Under the pieces are notes generated by a model. The model was given only the letters and a program-made list of their open reading frames with translations, had not been told where the DNA came from and made no database searches. A stretch of DNA of 64,000 nucleotides from Ilumatobacteraceae bacterium (lineage in GTDB: Bacteria > Actinomycetota > Acidimicrobiia > Acidimicrobiales > Ilumatobacteraceae), in contig JALHOG010000001.1 in NCBI GenBank assembly GCA_022843125.1, forward strand, positions 6,088 to 70,087, read 5' to 3'. The translations under genes and the position numbers were made by a program. Below, piece after piece: positions 44,553 to 54,057 of the stretch (positions are counted from its first letter, which is position 1; the number at the start of each line of letters is the position of its first letter).

Positions 44553-45494
44553 ATGGGTTCGTCATTCACCCTCCGTCAGCTCGCCTACTTCGTCGCGGCG
44601 GCCGATCACGGCTCGATGACCGCAGCGGGTCGAGCGGTGCACGTGTCGCAGTCTGCGATCTCGCTGGCCGTGGGCGACCTGGAGCGCGAGCTCGGCGCTC
44701 AGCTGTTCGTCCGCGCGCACGGCCTCTCGTTGACGCCGGCCGGGCATCGCATCATCGCCGGAGCCCGCGAGTTGCTCGCCGGCGCGGCCGCCCTCGCCGA
44801 TGACGCACGCGAGCTCGGCGACGCGTTGACGGGCGATCTGACGGTGGCCTGCTACGACACGATCGCTCCGTTCCTGATGCCGCAGCTCGTGGCCGGCTTC
44901 GCCGTCAAGGAGCCCGATGTCCGGCTGGATGTGCGAGAAGGTGACATGGCCGAACTCCACGAGCTGGTGCGATCGGGCGGGAGCGAGCTGATGATCTGCT
45001 ACGACCTCGATCTCGGGCGCGACATCGCGGCCACCCCGCTGCTGGCCACGCGCCCCTACGTTCTGTTGCCGGCGGATCACCCGCTGACCGAACGCGACGA
45101 GATCCCGCTCGGTGAGCTCGCCGGCCAACCACTCGTGCTGCTCGACCAGCCGCAGCCCGCTGCGTACTTCCTCGGACTCTTCGCCGCCGCCGGGCTCACG
45201 GCGCGGATCGCGCACCGGACCTCCAGCTTCGAAATGGTCCGCTCGCTCGTGGCGAGATCGCTCGGCTGTTCGTTGCTGATCCAACGACCGGCGCTCGATG
45301 TGAGCTATGAGGGTCTGCCACTGGCGTGCCGCCCGTTGGCCGACCCGGCGCGAACGTTGACGATCGTCGCCGCCGCGCCGCGCACGACCCGAGCCACCCG
45401 CCGTGCCACTGCGTTCATCGCGCACTGCGTCGATCACCTGGCGGTCGGCGCACCTCCGACCGAGTACGTGCACCCGCCGGCCGTATCCGCCTGA
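44553..45494 (+). CDS. LysR family transcriptional regulator
   Basis: ORF track. The N-terminal HTH is LRQLAYFVAAADHGSMTAAGRAVHVSQSAISLAVGDLERELG, followed by a substrate-binding domain. Confidence 0.9.
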   Translation: MGSSFTLRQLAYFVAAADHGSMTAAGRAVHVSQSAISLAVGDLERELGAQLFVRAHGLSLTPAGHRIIAGARELLAGAAALADDARELGDALTGDLTVACYDTIAPFLMPQLVAGFAVKEPDVRLDVREGDMAELHELVRSGGSELMICYDLDLGRDIAATPLLATRPYVLLPADHPLTERDEIPLGELAGQPLVLLDQPQPAAYFLGLFAAAGLTARIAHRTSSFEMVRSLVARSLGCSLLIQRPALDVSYEGLPLACRPLADPARTLTIVAAAPRTTRATRRATAFIAHCVDHLAVGAPPTEYVHPPAVSA

Positions 45495-45721
45495 TCACCC
45501 GGCGGTGGGAACGAGGTGCATGGAACTGGCCCGTTCGGGGTATCAGGCTGCGGGCGGGCCGATCCTGCCCACCACCCCTCCCTCACCGTGTACCCGTCGT
45601 TCAGCCCCCTGCGCCGCCCGCCGTCTGCGCCCAGCCCGGCGCAGGTCGGCGACCCTCTGGGATCACCCTGGTGGGCGATCAGGTCGCGCGGCAGGATGGT
45701 CGCCGTGATCGGAACGTCGTC

Positions 45722-48196
45722 GTGACCTCCGCCGATACGGGTGTGCCGGCCGGTCGATCGGGCGGGGGCGACTCCGAGCGCGCTCGCGCCGAGCGGGTGC
45801 TGTCGGTCGTGCAGGCGATCGACGAGGGCTACTGCGTGTCCGAGATCGTGGTCGACGAACACGGCGTGCCATGCGATTACCGGTTCCTCGAGGTCAACGC
45901 CGCTTTCGAGCAGCTCACGGGGTTGGTCGATCCCGTCGGCCGCTGCGCCCGCGACATGGTTCCTGGCCTGGAGGACCACTGGATCGAGACCTATGCCCAG
46001 GTGGCGCTCGACGGCGAACCGATCCGGTTCGAGCAGGGTTCGGACGCCATGGGACGATGGTTCGACGTGTTCGCGCTGCCGATCGCGCCGTACGGGCGAT
46101 TCGCGCTCGTGTTCCGGGATCAGACCGAGCGGCACGCGGCCGAGATGGCGCTGGTGGAGAGCGAGCACCGGTTCCGGACGATGGCCGACCAGCTGCCGAT
46201 GTTCATGTGGGAGCACGACGCCAGCGGGGCCGTGCGCTGGGTCAATCAGACGCTCTGCGACTTCGCGGGGCTGACCCGGGAGCAGATGATCGCCGACGGT
46301 TGGCAATCGACAACTCACCCCGACGACGACCTCAGCCTCGCCGTCGGATTCTTGGAGTCGGTCGATCGACGCACCGAGTTCCACGGGCAGGCCCGCCTGC
46401 GACGTTCGGACGGCGAGTGGCGATGGATCGAGACATGGGGCAGGCCCCGATACGGCACGGCGGGCGACTACCTCGGCCACCTCGGCACGAGCATCGACGT
46501 CACCGATCGGGTCGAGAGCGAGCATGCGGTCCGCAGCGGCGCCCGGTTCCTGCGGCGCCTGATCGACAACCTGTTCGCGTTCGTCGGCGTGTTGACGCCC
46601 GACGGCACCCTGATCGAGGCGAACCGGGCGCCGCTCGACGCGGCCGGCATCAGCTCGGCCGACGTGATCGGCCGGAAGTTCTGGGAGGCCCGGTGGTGGA
46701 CGGTCGACTCCCGCACGCAGCAGCAGCTTCGCGATGCCATCGAGCGTGCCGCCGCGGGCGAGGTCGTCCGCTACGACGTCCAGGTCCGCGGCACCGGTGA
46801 CGACCTGATCTGGATCGACTTCCAGCTCGCGCCGCTGCGCGACGACAACGGCACGGTCACCCATCTCGTTCCCTCCGGCCACGTGATCAGCGAGCGGATC
46901 GAGACCGAGCAGCGACTCGCGGCCGCGCTCGACGCCGAACGGCGCACCCGCGAACGCGTCGAGTTGCTCCAGCGCAACGCCACACAGCTCGCAGGCGCGA
47001 TCACGATCGACGAGGTGGCGTCGGCCCTGCTCGACGAACTGAGCGACTCGATGGGGCTCGACCTCACCGCGCTGAACGTCGTGCGCGGTGACCGCCTCGA
47101 GGTCATCGCTCCCTCGCAGATGCCCGACGAGGCCGTGTCGAGGTACCAGGACGTGTCCGTCGAGGCCGATCTGCCCGGTCCGATCGCGATCCGGACGAAC
47201 CAGCCCGTCGTCGTCAGCGGGCGCGAGTTGATCCGCGAGCGGTTCCCCGACGTCGTCGACGCCGCCAACCAACTCCCCGCCATCGAGACCATCGCCACCT
47301 TGCCGCTGCGCGCCGCATCCGGGCGCCCGATCGGGGCGCTGTTCCTGGCCTCGCCGAAGAGCGGTTGGCTCGACGCGAACACGCTCGACCTCCTCACCAG
47401 CATCGCCGGTCAGACCGGCCTCGCTCTCGAGCGCGCCCAGCTCCACCGTGAGCTGATCGAGGCGCACCAGGTCGAGCACACGATCGCGCTGCAGCTGCAG
47501 CGAGCGATGCTGCCGGACCGGGTGGTCGAGATCCCGAACGTGCACATCGCTGCCCGCTACGTCGCCGCCGGTGACCTCATGGCGATCGGGGGAGACTGGT
47601 ACGACACGTTCGCCTGGTCGGACAGGCACGTCGCCGTGACCGTCGGCGACGTCGTCGGCCACGATCTGGCCGCGGCGACCACGATGGGGCGATTGCGGAT
47701 CGGCGTCAACGCGTTGATGCAGCACTGCGACTCGACCCCGTCGTCGGTCCTCGATGCGTACGCCGGCTACGGGGCCGACCTCGGTCCGGCGTTCGCCACC
47801 GCGACGTGCGTCGTCATCGACGCCGTAACGGGTTCGCTCAGCTACGCCAACGCCGGCCATCCCGCACCGCTCGTGGTGATGCCCGACGGGGATGTCCGCT
47901 GGCTCGCCATGGCTGGGTCGCCGCCGCTCGGCGTGCCGACGACCGCCGGACATGCCGGGCAGATCAGTCAGCTACCGCCCGGTGCGACGGTCGTGCTCTA
48001 CTCCGACGGCTTGATCGAGCGTCGTCGGGTCCCGCTCGACATCGGGTTCGCGCGGCTCGCGGCCAGCGCTGCACAGCACGCAGCAGCCGACGTCGACCAG
48101 CTCGCGGACGCGATCCTCGCCGATCTCACCGACGACCACATCGCCGACGACGTGATCGTCGTCTGCGTTCGATGGACCCCTCCGGTCGATGACTGA
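45722..48196 (+). CDS. multi-PAS, GAF, PP2C (SpoIIE-type) sensor serine phosphatase
   Basis: Part of ORF 45326..48196. Three PAS-like blocks are present, including FRTMADQLPMFMWEHDASG and FLRRLIDNLFAFVGVLTPDG. A GAF-like region follows, then PP2C/SpoIIE motifs (GGDWYD, VGDVVGHD, YANAGHPAP, LYSDGLIE). Start at GTG 45722 is tentative. Confidence 0.8.
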   Translation: MTSADTGVPAGRSGGGDSERARAERVLSVVQAIDEGYCVSEIVVDEHGVPCDYRFLEVNAAFEQLTGLVDPVGRCARDMVPGLEDHWIETYAQVALDGEPIRFEQGSDAMGRWFDVFALPIAPYGRFALVFRDQTERHAAEMALVESEHRFRTMADQLPMFMWEHDASGAVRWVNQTLCDFAGLTREQMIADGWQSTTHPDDDLSLAVGFLESVDRRTEFHGQARLRRSDGEWRWIETWGRPRYGTAGDYLGHLGTSIDVTDRVESEHAVRSGARFLRRLIDNLFAFVGVLTPDGTLIEANRAPLDAAGISSADVIGRKFWEARWWTVDSRTQQQLRDAIERAAAGEVVRYDVQVRGTGDDLIWIDFQLAPLRDDNGTVTHLVPSGHVISERIETEQRLAAALDAERRTRERVELLQRNATQLAGAITIDEVASALLDELSDSMGLDLTALNVVRGDRLEVIAPSQMPDEAVSRYQDVSVEADLPGPIAIRTNQPVVVSGRELIRERFPDVVDAANQLPAIETIATLPLRAASGRPIGALFLASPKSGWLDANTLDLLTSIAGQTGLALERAQLHRELIEAHQVEHTIALQLQRAMLPDRVVEIPNVHIAARYVAAGDLMAIGGDWYDTFAWSDRHVAVTVGDVVGHDLAAATTMGRLRIGVNALMQHCDSTPSSVLDAYAGYGADLGPAFATATCVVIDAVTGSLSYANAGHPAPLVVMPDGDVRWLAMAGSPPLGVPTTAGHAGQISQLPPGATVVLYSDGLIERRRVPLDIGFARLAASAAQHAAADVDQLADAILADLTDDHIADDVIVVCVRWTPPVDD

Positions 48197-48214
48197 CGGG
48201 GCGCCGCATGCCGT

Positions 48215-49462
48215 TCAGGACGGCGCCGTCCGGGTTTCGTCGGCGGCGAGCCGGGCACGCGCGGGGCGGGTTGCTGCGAGGTACACGGCCGAAGCGCCGA
48301 TGCCGATCACCGCGAAGCAGGCGATCGCGGCCCGGACCCCGATCACGTCGGCGAGCAGCCCAGCGGCCACGTTCGAGATCGTGATGATCAGCGTGACGAT
48401 GCCGAAGTCGCCTGCGATGATGCGCCCGCGCACGTGGTCGGGCGCCCGCGCCTGGAGTCCGTAGGTCGACAGCGTCCACTGGGCGCCACCGCCGAGGTGG
48501 GCGAGGAGCACGAGCACGAGCGCCACGGTGAACAACGGGGCGACGCTGAGGCCGAGATAGCACACGCCGAACGCCGCTCCCGACCACCCACAGACACGCA
48601 ACACGCGTGCGAGCGACGGCCCGACGAAGCGAGCGGCGATCAGCGGACCGAGCGCGACCCCGACGCCGCGAGCGCCGATCATCAGGCCCGTTTCGCGGTC
48701 GCCGCCGCCGAGCTCGGTGGTGACCAGGACGGCCAGCAAGCCCACGATGCCTGCGCCCATCGCGAACGAGGCCTTCGACGCGAGGAGTGCGAGCAGGACC
48801 GTGTCGCGGCGGGCGAAGCCGATCGCCTCGCGCATGTCGGCGATCGGCCGCATGCGGGTCCGGGTGGTTCGGTCGTCGCGCTCAGCTTGCATCGGGCGAC
48901 GGATCATCATCACCACACCCGACGCCACCACGAACGAGCATGCGTTGACGATGAAGGCGACGTCGCGGCCGAACACGCCGGCGACCACACCGCCGAGGGC
49001 CGCACCGATCGCGAGCATCGCTCCCCACAACGAACCGAACAGGAGCGCCGCCTTCGCCAGTTCCCCGGAGGAGCGGGTGAGGTTCGGGAGCGCCGCCTGG
49101 GCGGACGGGCCGACGAACGAGCCGAAGGCGGAGATCGCACAGAGGCACAGGTAGCCGACCCACAAGGTGCCGACGGAGTCGACGAGGAGGAGCCCCGCCG
49201 CCGCGACCGCCTGCATGATCGACACCGTGCTGATGACGAGTTTGCGGTTGAACCGATCGGCAACCGGCCCGGAGATCGGCGTCATCAGGAACGCGGGGAG
49301 CGCCTGGGCCACGTAGACCAGGGTGACGAGGATCGAGCGGTCGCTGATGTCCTGCACGGCGCCGACGAACGCCACGTACGCGAACCAGTCACCCATGTAC
49401 GAGATGACCTGAGCGAGGAACAACGACCGCACGTCTCGGTTCGTTCGCAGCAGCGTCCACAT
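48215..49462 (-). CDS. MFS transporter (EntS/MFS_3-like)
   Basis: ORF 48215..49483. It has 12 TM-like segments and the N-terminus MWTLLRTNRDVRSLFLAQVISYMGDWF. ATG 49462 is preferred. GTG 49483 is an alternative. Confidence 0.85.
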   Translation of the reverse strand: MWTLLRTNRDVRSLFLAQVISYMGDWFAYVAFVGAVQDISDRSILVTLVYVAQALPAFLMTPISGPVADRFNRKLVISTVSIMQAVAAAGLLLVDSVGTLWVGYLCLCAISAFGSFVGPSAQAALPNLTRSSGELAKAALLFGSLWGAMLAIGAALGGVVAGVFGRDVAFIVNACSFVVASGVVMMIRRPMQAERDDRTTRTRMRPIADMREAIGFARRDTVLLALLASKASFAMGAGIVGLLAVLVTTELGGGDRETGLMIGARGVGVALGPLIAARFVGPSLARVLRVCGWSGAAFGVCYLGLSVAPLFTVALVLVLLAHLGGGAQWTLSTYGLQARAPDHVRGRIIAGDFGIVTLIITISNVAAGLLADVIGVRAAIACFAVIGIGASAVYLAATRPARARLAADETRTAPS

Positions 49463-49505
49463 GCCCGCTCGTTCATAGCGCACGCCGAGCCGGCGCTCGC
49501 GGTCG

Positions 49506-49533
49506 ACGTCACGTCACGTCACGTCACGTCACG
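49506..49533. repeat. pentanucleotide microsatellite (ACGTC) x5.6
   Basis: Read directly as acgtc acgtc acgtc acgtc acgtc acg. It lies 23-44 nt upstream of the possible MFS starts. Confidence 0.95.
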
Positions 49534-49869
49534 CCGAACCCGCCGTCACATGTTCGCGAGGCGACCCCGGTGGACTCGGCTGGCGGGACAGCCGATCCGG
49601 CCCGGGGCCACCACCGACCATCACGGGTCGGTACCTCGACGCTACGGACGTCGTCGCCGGGTGCGGCTCGCCCGCACGGGTGCTTCCTCGGGCTCGTCGC
49701 CGGCACGATCGAGCGCAGCGGATACCGCACGTTTGAGTGGATCGGACCGGGGTTACAACCGTTGTCGTCGGGGGACGACCCGCGACGTCGAGCGGGCACC
49801 TCGCACCCGCGACACCCCACTCGGACACACGCAACTGACATCCAACCCACTCACACCAGGAGATCACCC

Positions 49870-50154
49870 ATGTTCGGCTTCATCGTGTTCCTGCTCATCG
49901 TCGGTGTCATCGCCGGCTTCGTCGCACGGCTGCTCGTGCCGGGCCCAGATCCGATGTCGATCGTCGGCACGATCGCGCTCGGTATCGTCGGATCGTTCGT
50001 CGGCGGCTTCATCGGTTGGGCGATCTTCGGCAAGGACTTCAGTGAAGGCGCGCTCCAGGCGTCCGGGCTGATCGGTTCGATCGTCGGAGCCGTTGTCGCG
50101 CTGCTCGTCTACCGGGCGTTCAGCGGTCGTGGCAACCGACGCACCCTCGCCTGA
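49870..50154 (+). CDS. GlsB/YeaQ/YmgE family stress-response membrane protein
   Basis: Inner part of ORF 49570..50154. MFGFIVFLLIVGVIAGFVARLLVPGPDPMSIVGTIALGIVGSFVGGFIGW is typical of the transglycosylase-associated (GlsB) family. RBS AGGAGA lies 6 nt upstream of ATG 49870. Confidence 0.85.
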   Translation: MFGFIVFLLIVGVIAGFVARLLVPGPDPMSIVGTIALGIVGSFVGGFIGWAIFGKDFSEGALQASGLIGSIVGAVVALLVYRAFSGRGNRRTLA

Positions 50155-50177
50155 TCGAACCGTCGACCGGTGCAACC

Positions 50178-50393
50178 TCAGCGGTTGGCGCGTCGTCGGC
50201 TGGCGGGGCGGATCTCCGCGGCGACGCACCGTACGTAGGCGCCGGCGGCGCAGGCGGCGAACCAGGGGGCGAGGTACGCCCATCGCCAGCCGTCGTTGCG
50301 ATCGGCGTCGGGCGTGACGGCCGCGTCGTCGCGGGTGCGGTCCCGCACGTGGGTCCACGATGTTGCGACGTCACGGTCGGCGACGGCGATCAC
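50178..50393 (-). CDS. small hypothetical protein (71 aa)
   Basis: ORF track. Third-position GC is very high in this frame, as read codon by codon. It has a hydrophobic C-terminal segment. No family recognised. Confidence 0.35.
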   Translation of the reverse strand: MIAVADRDVATSWTHVRDRTRDDAAVTPDADRNDGWRWAYLAPWFAACAAGAYVRCVAAEIRPASRRRANR

Positions 50394-50545
50394 AGCGCCC
50401 TCCGACCGAATCGACCAGGAGCCGCGGTGCGGAACCTGATGCCGGAAGAGTGGACGAGTTTCCTTGGCGAAGCCATGGCTTGCCTCCTCGAAGAGCGGGT
50501 GGCGGAGAGGATTCCCCGTCGCGAGGCTTTGTATGCGTTACGTGG

Positions 50546-51058
50546 TCATTCTGCCACGTTGCGCACGATTGGGCGAGGCACCCCCGGCGCGACCGTTCGC
50601 GCGAGGATGCCGAGCGTCGAGCGCAGCGTCAGCTCGGAGATGATCGGGAAGATGTCGCGCTCGCGCCACACGCTGTCGATCCGCGACCAGTCGTAGTAGG
50701 AGGTGACCAGGGTGGCCGGCCCGTCGCCGGTGTCGATCGGTTCGAGCTGGTATCCGTAGATGTGCCCGATGTGCGGCGTGATCTGACCACGGATCGTCCA
50801 GGCGATCTCGAGATCCTCCTCGTACTCGGTGAACACGACCGAGACGTCGTACAGCCCGAGCGGGAAGTCGTTGAGGGCCTCGCGGTCCATGTGGATCACG
50901 AACTCGTCACCCACCTGCGAAGCCGGCTCGCCGGTGGCCGACATGAGCATCCCCGAGGCATCGATAGCGACGTGACCGGCAGGGTCTCGCAGCACCGAGA
51001 AGATGGCGGCCGGCGAAGCGGGGATCACCCGTTGGACCTCGAAGCGTTCTGCGGTCAT
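50546..51058 (-). CDS. SRPBCC (START/Bet v1-like) family protein
   Basis: C-terminal 170 aa of ORF 50546..52072, starting at MTAERFEVQRVIPASPAAIFSVLRDPAGHVAID. This opening is typical of polyketide-cyclase/SRPBCC proteins. Confidence 0.75.
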   Translation of the reverse strand: MTAERFEVQRVIPASPAAIFSVLRDPAGHVAIDASGMLMSATGEPASQVGDEFVIHMDREALNDFPLGLYDVSVVFTEYEEDLEIAWTIRGQITPHIGHIYGYQLEPIDTGDGPATLVTSYYDWSRIDSVWRERDIFPIISELTLRSTLGILARTVAPGVPRPIVRNVAE

Positions 51059-51133
51059 GGTCGCAGCCTGCCACGTGGGGTAGAAACGCGACATGTCATG
51101 GCAGGTCGAACGTCGTCGGGTGGTCTCGGCCGG

Positions 51134-52078
51134 ATGGTCGCGATGAGCGAGGATCGGTTGCGGTTGCTCGTCGTGGGCGCCGGTCGCATGGGGCGGGTGC
51201 ACCTGCGTGCGATCGAGGCCTCGTCGGCCGCGGTGGCGACGGTCGTGGTCGAGCCGTTCGATGCCGCCCGCGAGTCGCTCTCGGGCCAGGGGTTCGAGGT
51301 GTGGCCGTCGCTCGACGACGCGCTCGCAGCCGGTGGGTTCGATGCGGCGCTGATCGCTGCTCCGTCGCCGCTCCACCCTGGCCTCGTGGCGTCGCTGATG
51401 GCGGCCGGCGTGCCGACGCTGTGCGAGAAGCCGCTCGGTCTGCACAGCAACGACACGGCGCAGGCCGCGGCGCTCGCCGCCGACGCAGGCGTCGCGCTGC
51501 AGATCGGGTACTGGCGCCGGTTCGTTCCCGAGTTGCAGGTGCTCCGAGACGAGATCGCGAGCGGGCAGCTGGGCGACATCGCGATGATCCAGGCCTGGCA
51601 GTGGGACGGCGAGCCGCCTGCGGCCGCCTTCCGGCTCACGAGCGGCGGGCCGCTGCTCGACATGGGCGTGCACGAGTTCGACATGGTGCGTTGGCTCACC
51701 GGCCAGGACATCGCGCTGCTGGCCGTCGTCGACAGCGGGGTCAACTCCGTCGAGCCGGTCGAGGGCGACCCGGAGAGCGTGCTCGCCACCGGAAAGCTGT
51801 CGGGTGGCGGCGTTGCCGTCATCTCCCTCGGGCGACGTTTCGACCGCGGCGATTGCTGCTGGGTCGAGGTGATCGGCACCAGAGGTTCCCGACGGTGCGA
51901 GTTCATGATCGGCGATGCCGGCGACGTCGTGTTCCAGTCGGCGCTCGTCGCCCAGGTCGACGCGTTCGTGGCGATGGTGCGCGGCGCTCCGTCGTCGGCC
52001 GCCACTGCCGACGATGCGGTGGCTGCACTCCGAGCGGTCGAGCTCGGCACCGCGATGTACGCCAACCAGCACACGTGA
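51134..52078 (+). CDS. Gfo/Idh/MocA oxidoreductase (inositol 2-dehydrogenase-like)
   Basis: C-terminal part of ORF 50360..52078. Contains LRLLVVGAGRMGRVHLRAI and TLCEKPLG (EKP motif). The start is ATG 51134 or 51143. Confidence 0.85.
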   Translation: MVAMSEDRLRLLVVGAGRMGRVHLRAIEASSAAVATVVVEPFDAARESLSGQGFEVWPSLDDALAAGGFDAALIAAPSPLHPGLVASLMAAGVPTLCEKPLGLHSNDTAQAAALAADAGVALQIGYWRRFVPELQVLRDEIASGQLGDIAMIQAWQWDGEPPAAAFRLTSGGPLLDMGVHEFDMVRWLTGQDIALLAVVDSGVNSVEPVEGDPESVLATGKLSGGGVAVISLGRRFDRGDCCWVEVIGTRGSRRCEFMIGDAGDVVFQSALVAQVDAFVAMVRGAPSSAATADDAVAALRAVELGTAMYANQHT

Positions 52079-52092
52079 GATCCGGAGCTCCC

Positions 52093-53004
52093 ATGAACGT
52101 CACCATCGCCAACGCACCGATCAGCTGGGGTGCGTTCGAGCTCACCGTCGGCCAGCACCCGGGCGTTCCCGACGCCGATCGCATCCTCGAGTTGCTCGTC
52201 GAGGCGGGGTACGACGGCATCGACCTCGGGCCCGTCGGCTACCTCGGGCGCGGCAACGAGATCCGGTCCCGTCTCGCCCGCCACGGCATCGGGCTCGCCG
52301 GCGGCTACATCGAGTTGCCGTTCTCCGACCACGATGCACTCACCGGGAAGCTGGCCGAGCTCGACGATCTGCTCGACACGTTCGATGAGGCCGCACCCGC
52401 CTCGGGGCCCGCGCCGCGTCCCACGATCGCCGATGGCGGCGCTCCGCACCGGCGGGTCGCGGTCGGTCGCTCGGCCACCGATCGGTCGGTCGGTCTCGAC
52501 GACCGCCAGTGGCAGCAGTGGGCCGCCGGGATGGCGATCGTGCTCGACCGGTGTCGGTCACGTGGCTACGAACCGACGCTGCATCCCGAGACCGGCACCT
52601 TCATCGAGGCCGAATGGGAGATCGATCGCGCGCTCGAGCTCACCGAGGTGGGGCTGTGCCTCGAGACCGGGCACCAGATGGTGGGCGGCGGGGACGCGCT
52701 CGTCACGCTCGAACGGTGGGGTGACCGGATCAACCACGTCCACGTCAAGGACGCGCGTGCGTCGGTGATCGACCGCATCGTCGATGATGGAATGCCGGTC
52801 GAGTCGATCTGGCAGGAGCGAGCTTTCTGCGCCCTCGGTGACGGCGACGTGGCGATCGGCGCGATCCTCGACCGGCTCGCGGCGACCGACTACTCGGGTT
52901 GGGTCGTCGTCGAGCAAGACATCTTCCCAGGCCCCGACGACCCCGCCGCCGCCCAGCGCGACCAGGTCGCCAACCGCGCCCTCCTCCGCGCCCACGGCTT
53001 CTGA
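52093..53004 (+). CDS. sugar phosphate isomerase/epimerase (xylose isomerase-like TIM barrel, IolE-like)
   Basis: C-terminal part of ORF 51301..53004. Contains MNVTIANAPISWGAFE...HPETGTFIE...HVHVKD...WVVVEQD. RBS GGAG lies before ATG 52093. Confidence 0.8.
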   Translation: MNVTIANAPISWGAFELTVGQHPGVPDADRILELLVEAGYDGIDLGPVGYLGRGNEIRSRLARHGIGLAGGYIELPFSDHDALTGKLAELDDLLDTFDEAAPASGPAPRPTIADGGAPHRRVAVGRSATDRSVGLDDRQWQQWAAGMAIVLDRCRSRGYEPTLHPETGTFIEAEWEIDRALELTEVGLCLETGHQMVGGGDALVTLERWGDRINHVHVKDARASVIDRIVDDGMPVESIWQERAFCALGDGDVAIGAILDRLAATDYSGWVVVEQDIFPGPDDPAAAQRDQVANRALLRAHGF

Positions 53005-53031
53005 GCGGACGAACGGGCATGATGAGGCTCT

Positions 53032-54057
53032 ATGCCGTCGCTCGATGACTACGCCCGTGTCCCCCTGCTGTTCGGTCCGTCACCGATCCATCCGTTGCCA
53101 CGGTTGTCGGCTGCGCTCGGTGGGGGAGTCGAGATCTGGGCGAAGCGGGAGGACTGCAACTCCGGCATCGCCTTCGGCGGGAACAAGGTCCGCAAGCTCG
53201 AGTACCTCGCGGCCGACGCGATCGCGCAGGGGTGCGACACGCTGGTGTCGATCGGAGGCATCCAGTCGAATCACACGCGCCAGGTCACCGGCGTCGCGTG
53301 CGCACTCGGGCTGAAGGCCGTCACGGTCCAGGAGGGCTGGGTCGACTGGCCCGACGCCGCCTACGACAAGGTCGGCAACATCCAGCTCACCCGGATCATG
53401 GGGGGCGACATCCGCGTCGACCCGGCCGGGTTCGACATCGGCATCCGCGATTCATGGCGTCGGGCGATCGACTCGGTGATCGAGGCGGGCGGCACGCCGT
53501 ACCCGATCCCGGCGGGCGCGTCCGACCACCCGCTCGGCGGGATGGGGTTCGCCAACTGGGCCCGCGAGGTCGCGCAGCAGGAGGTGGAGCGGGGGATCTT
53601 CTTCGACCACGTGATCGTGTGCACCGTCACCGGTTCGACCCACGCCGGCATGATCGCCGGCTTCGCCCTGGAAGATCGGCCCGACCGGCGCCTGATCGGG
53701 ATCGACGCATCGAAGACGCTCGACCAGACGATCGACCAGGTCACCCGCATCGCGACCGACACCGCCGCGAAGATCGGCGTCGACCGCGACCTTCGGCCCG
53801 ACGAGATCACGGTGCTGCCCGGCTACGAGGGCCCGGCGTACGGCGTGCCCGACGAGCAGACGATCGAGGCGATCCACCTCGCGGCGCGAACCGACGGCAT
53901 GCTCACCGACCCGGTCTACGAGGGCAAGTCGATGGCCGGCCTGATCGGGCTGATCCGCAGCGGCGAGATCCCGCCCGGCTCGAAGGTGCTCTACGCCCAC
54001 CTCGGCGGCCAGACCGCCCTCCCCGCCTACGCAGGAGCCAAAGGCCTCGGCTCGTGA
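53032..54057 (+). CDS. acdS: 1-aminocyclopropane-1-carboxylate deaminase
   Basis: ORF track. It is colinear with characterised AcdS throughout: [74 protein letters not shown]. Confidence 0.9.
   Translation: MPSLDDYARVPLLFGPSPIHPLPRLSAALGGGVEIWAKREDCNSGIAFGGNKVRKLEYLAADAIAQGCDTLVSIGGIQSNHTRQVTGVACALGLKAVTVQEGWVDWPDAAYDKVGNIQLTRIMGGDIRVDPAGFDIGIRDSWRRAIDSVIEAGGTPYPIPAGASDHPLGGMGFANWAREVAQQEVERGIFFDHVIVCTVTGSTHAGMIAGFALEDRPDRRLIGIDASKTLDQTIDQVTRIATDTAAKIGVDRDLRPDEITVLPGYEGPAYGVPDEQTIEAIHLAARTDGMLTDPVYEGKSMAGLIGLIRSGEIPPGSKVLYAHLGGQTALPAYAGAKGLGS

Noticed and set aside
45495-45721. A possible small gene in the 227-bp gap between LysR and the PAS-GAF-PP2C gene, for example the 45516..45725 + ORF or the tail of 45403..45708 +.
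   Set aside because: The translations are Pro/Arg/Ser-rich. Third-position GC is only moderate when read codon by codon, and no motif or RBS supports them. The gap more likely holds the promoter or an alternative upstream start of the sensor gene.
48197-48230. A hairpin (ggcgccg ... cggcgcc, 7-bp stem, 14-nt loop) between the convergent PP2C-sensor and MFS genes, considered as a bidirectional terminator.
   Set aside because: The stem is short, the loop is long and contains the MFS stop codon, and the following T-run is weak. The evidence is not strong enough to list it as a feature.
49534-49869. A possible riboswitch or structured ncRNA in the 336-bp region upstream of the GlsB/YeaQ gene. 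It contains several GC hairpins, for example gtcgtcgggggacgac.
   Set aside because: I could not match the sequence to the conserved cores of riboswitch classes known to me, such as ydaO/c-di-AMP. Short GC hairpins are expected by chance at this GC content. An Infernal/Rfam scan is needed before any call.
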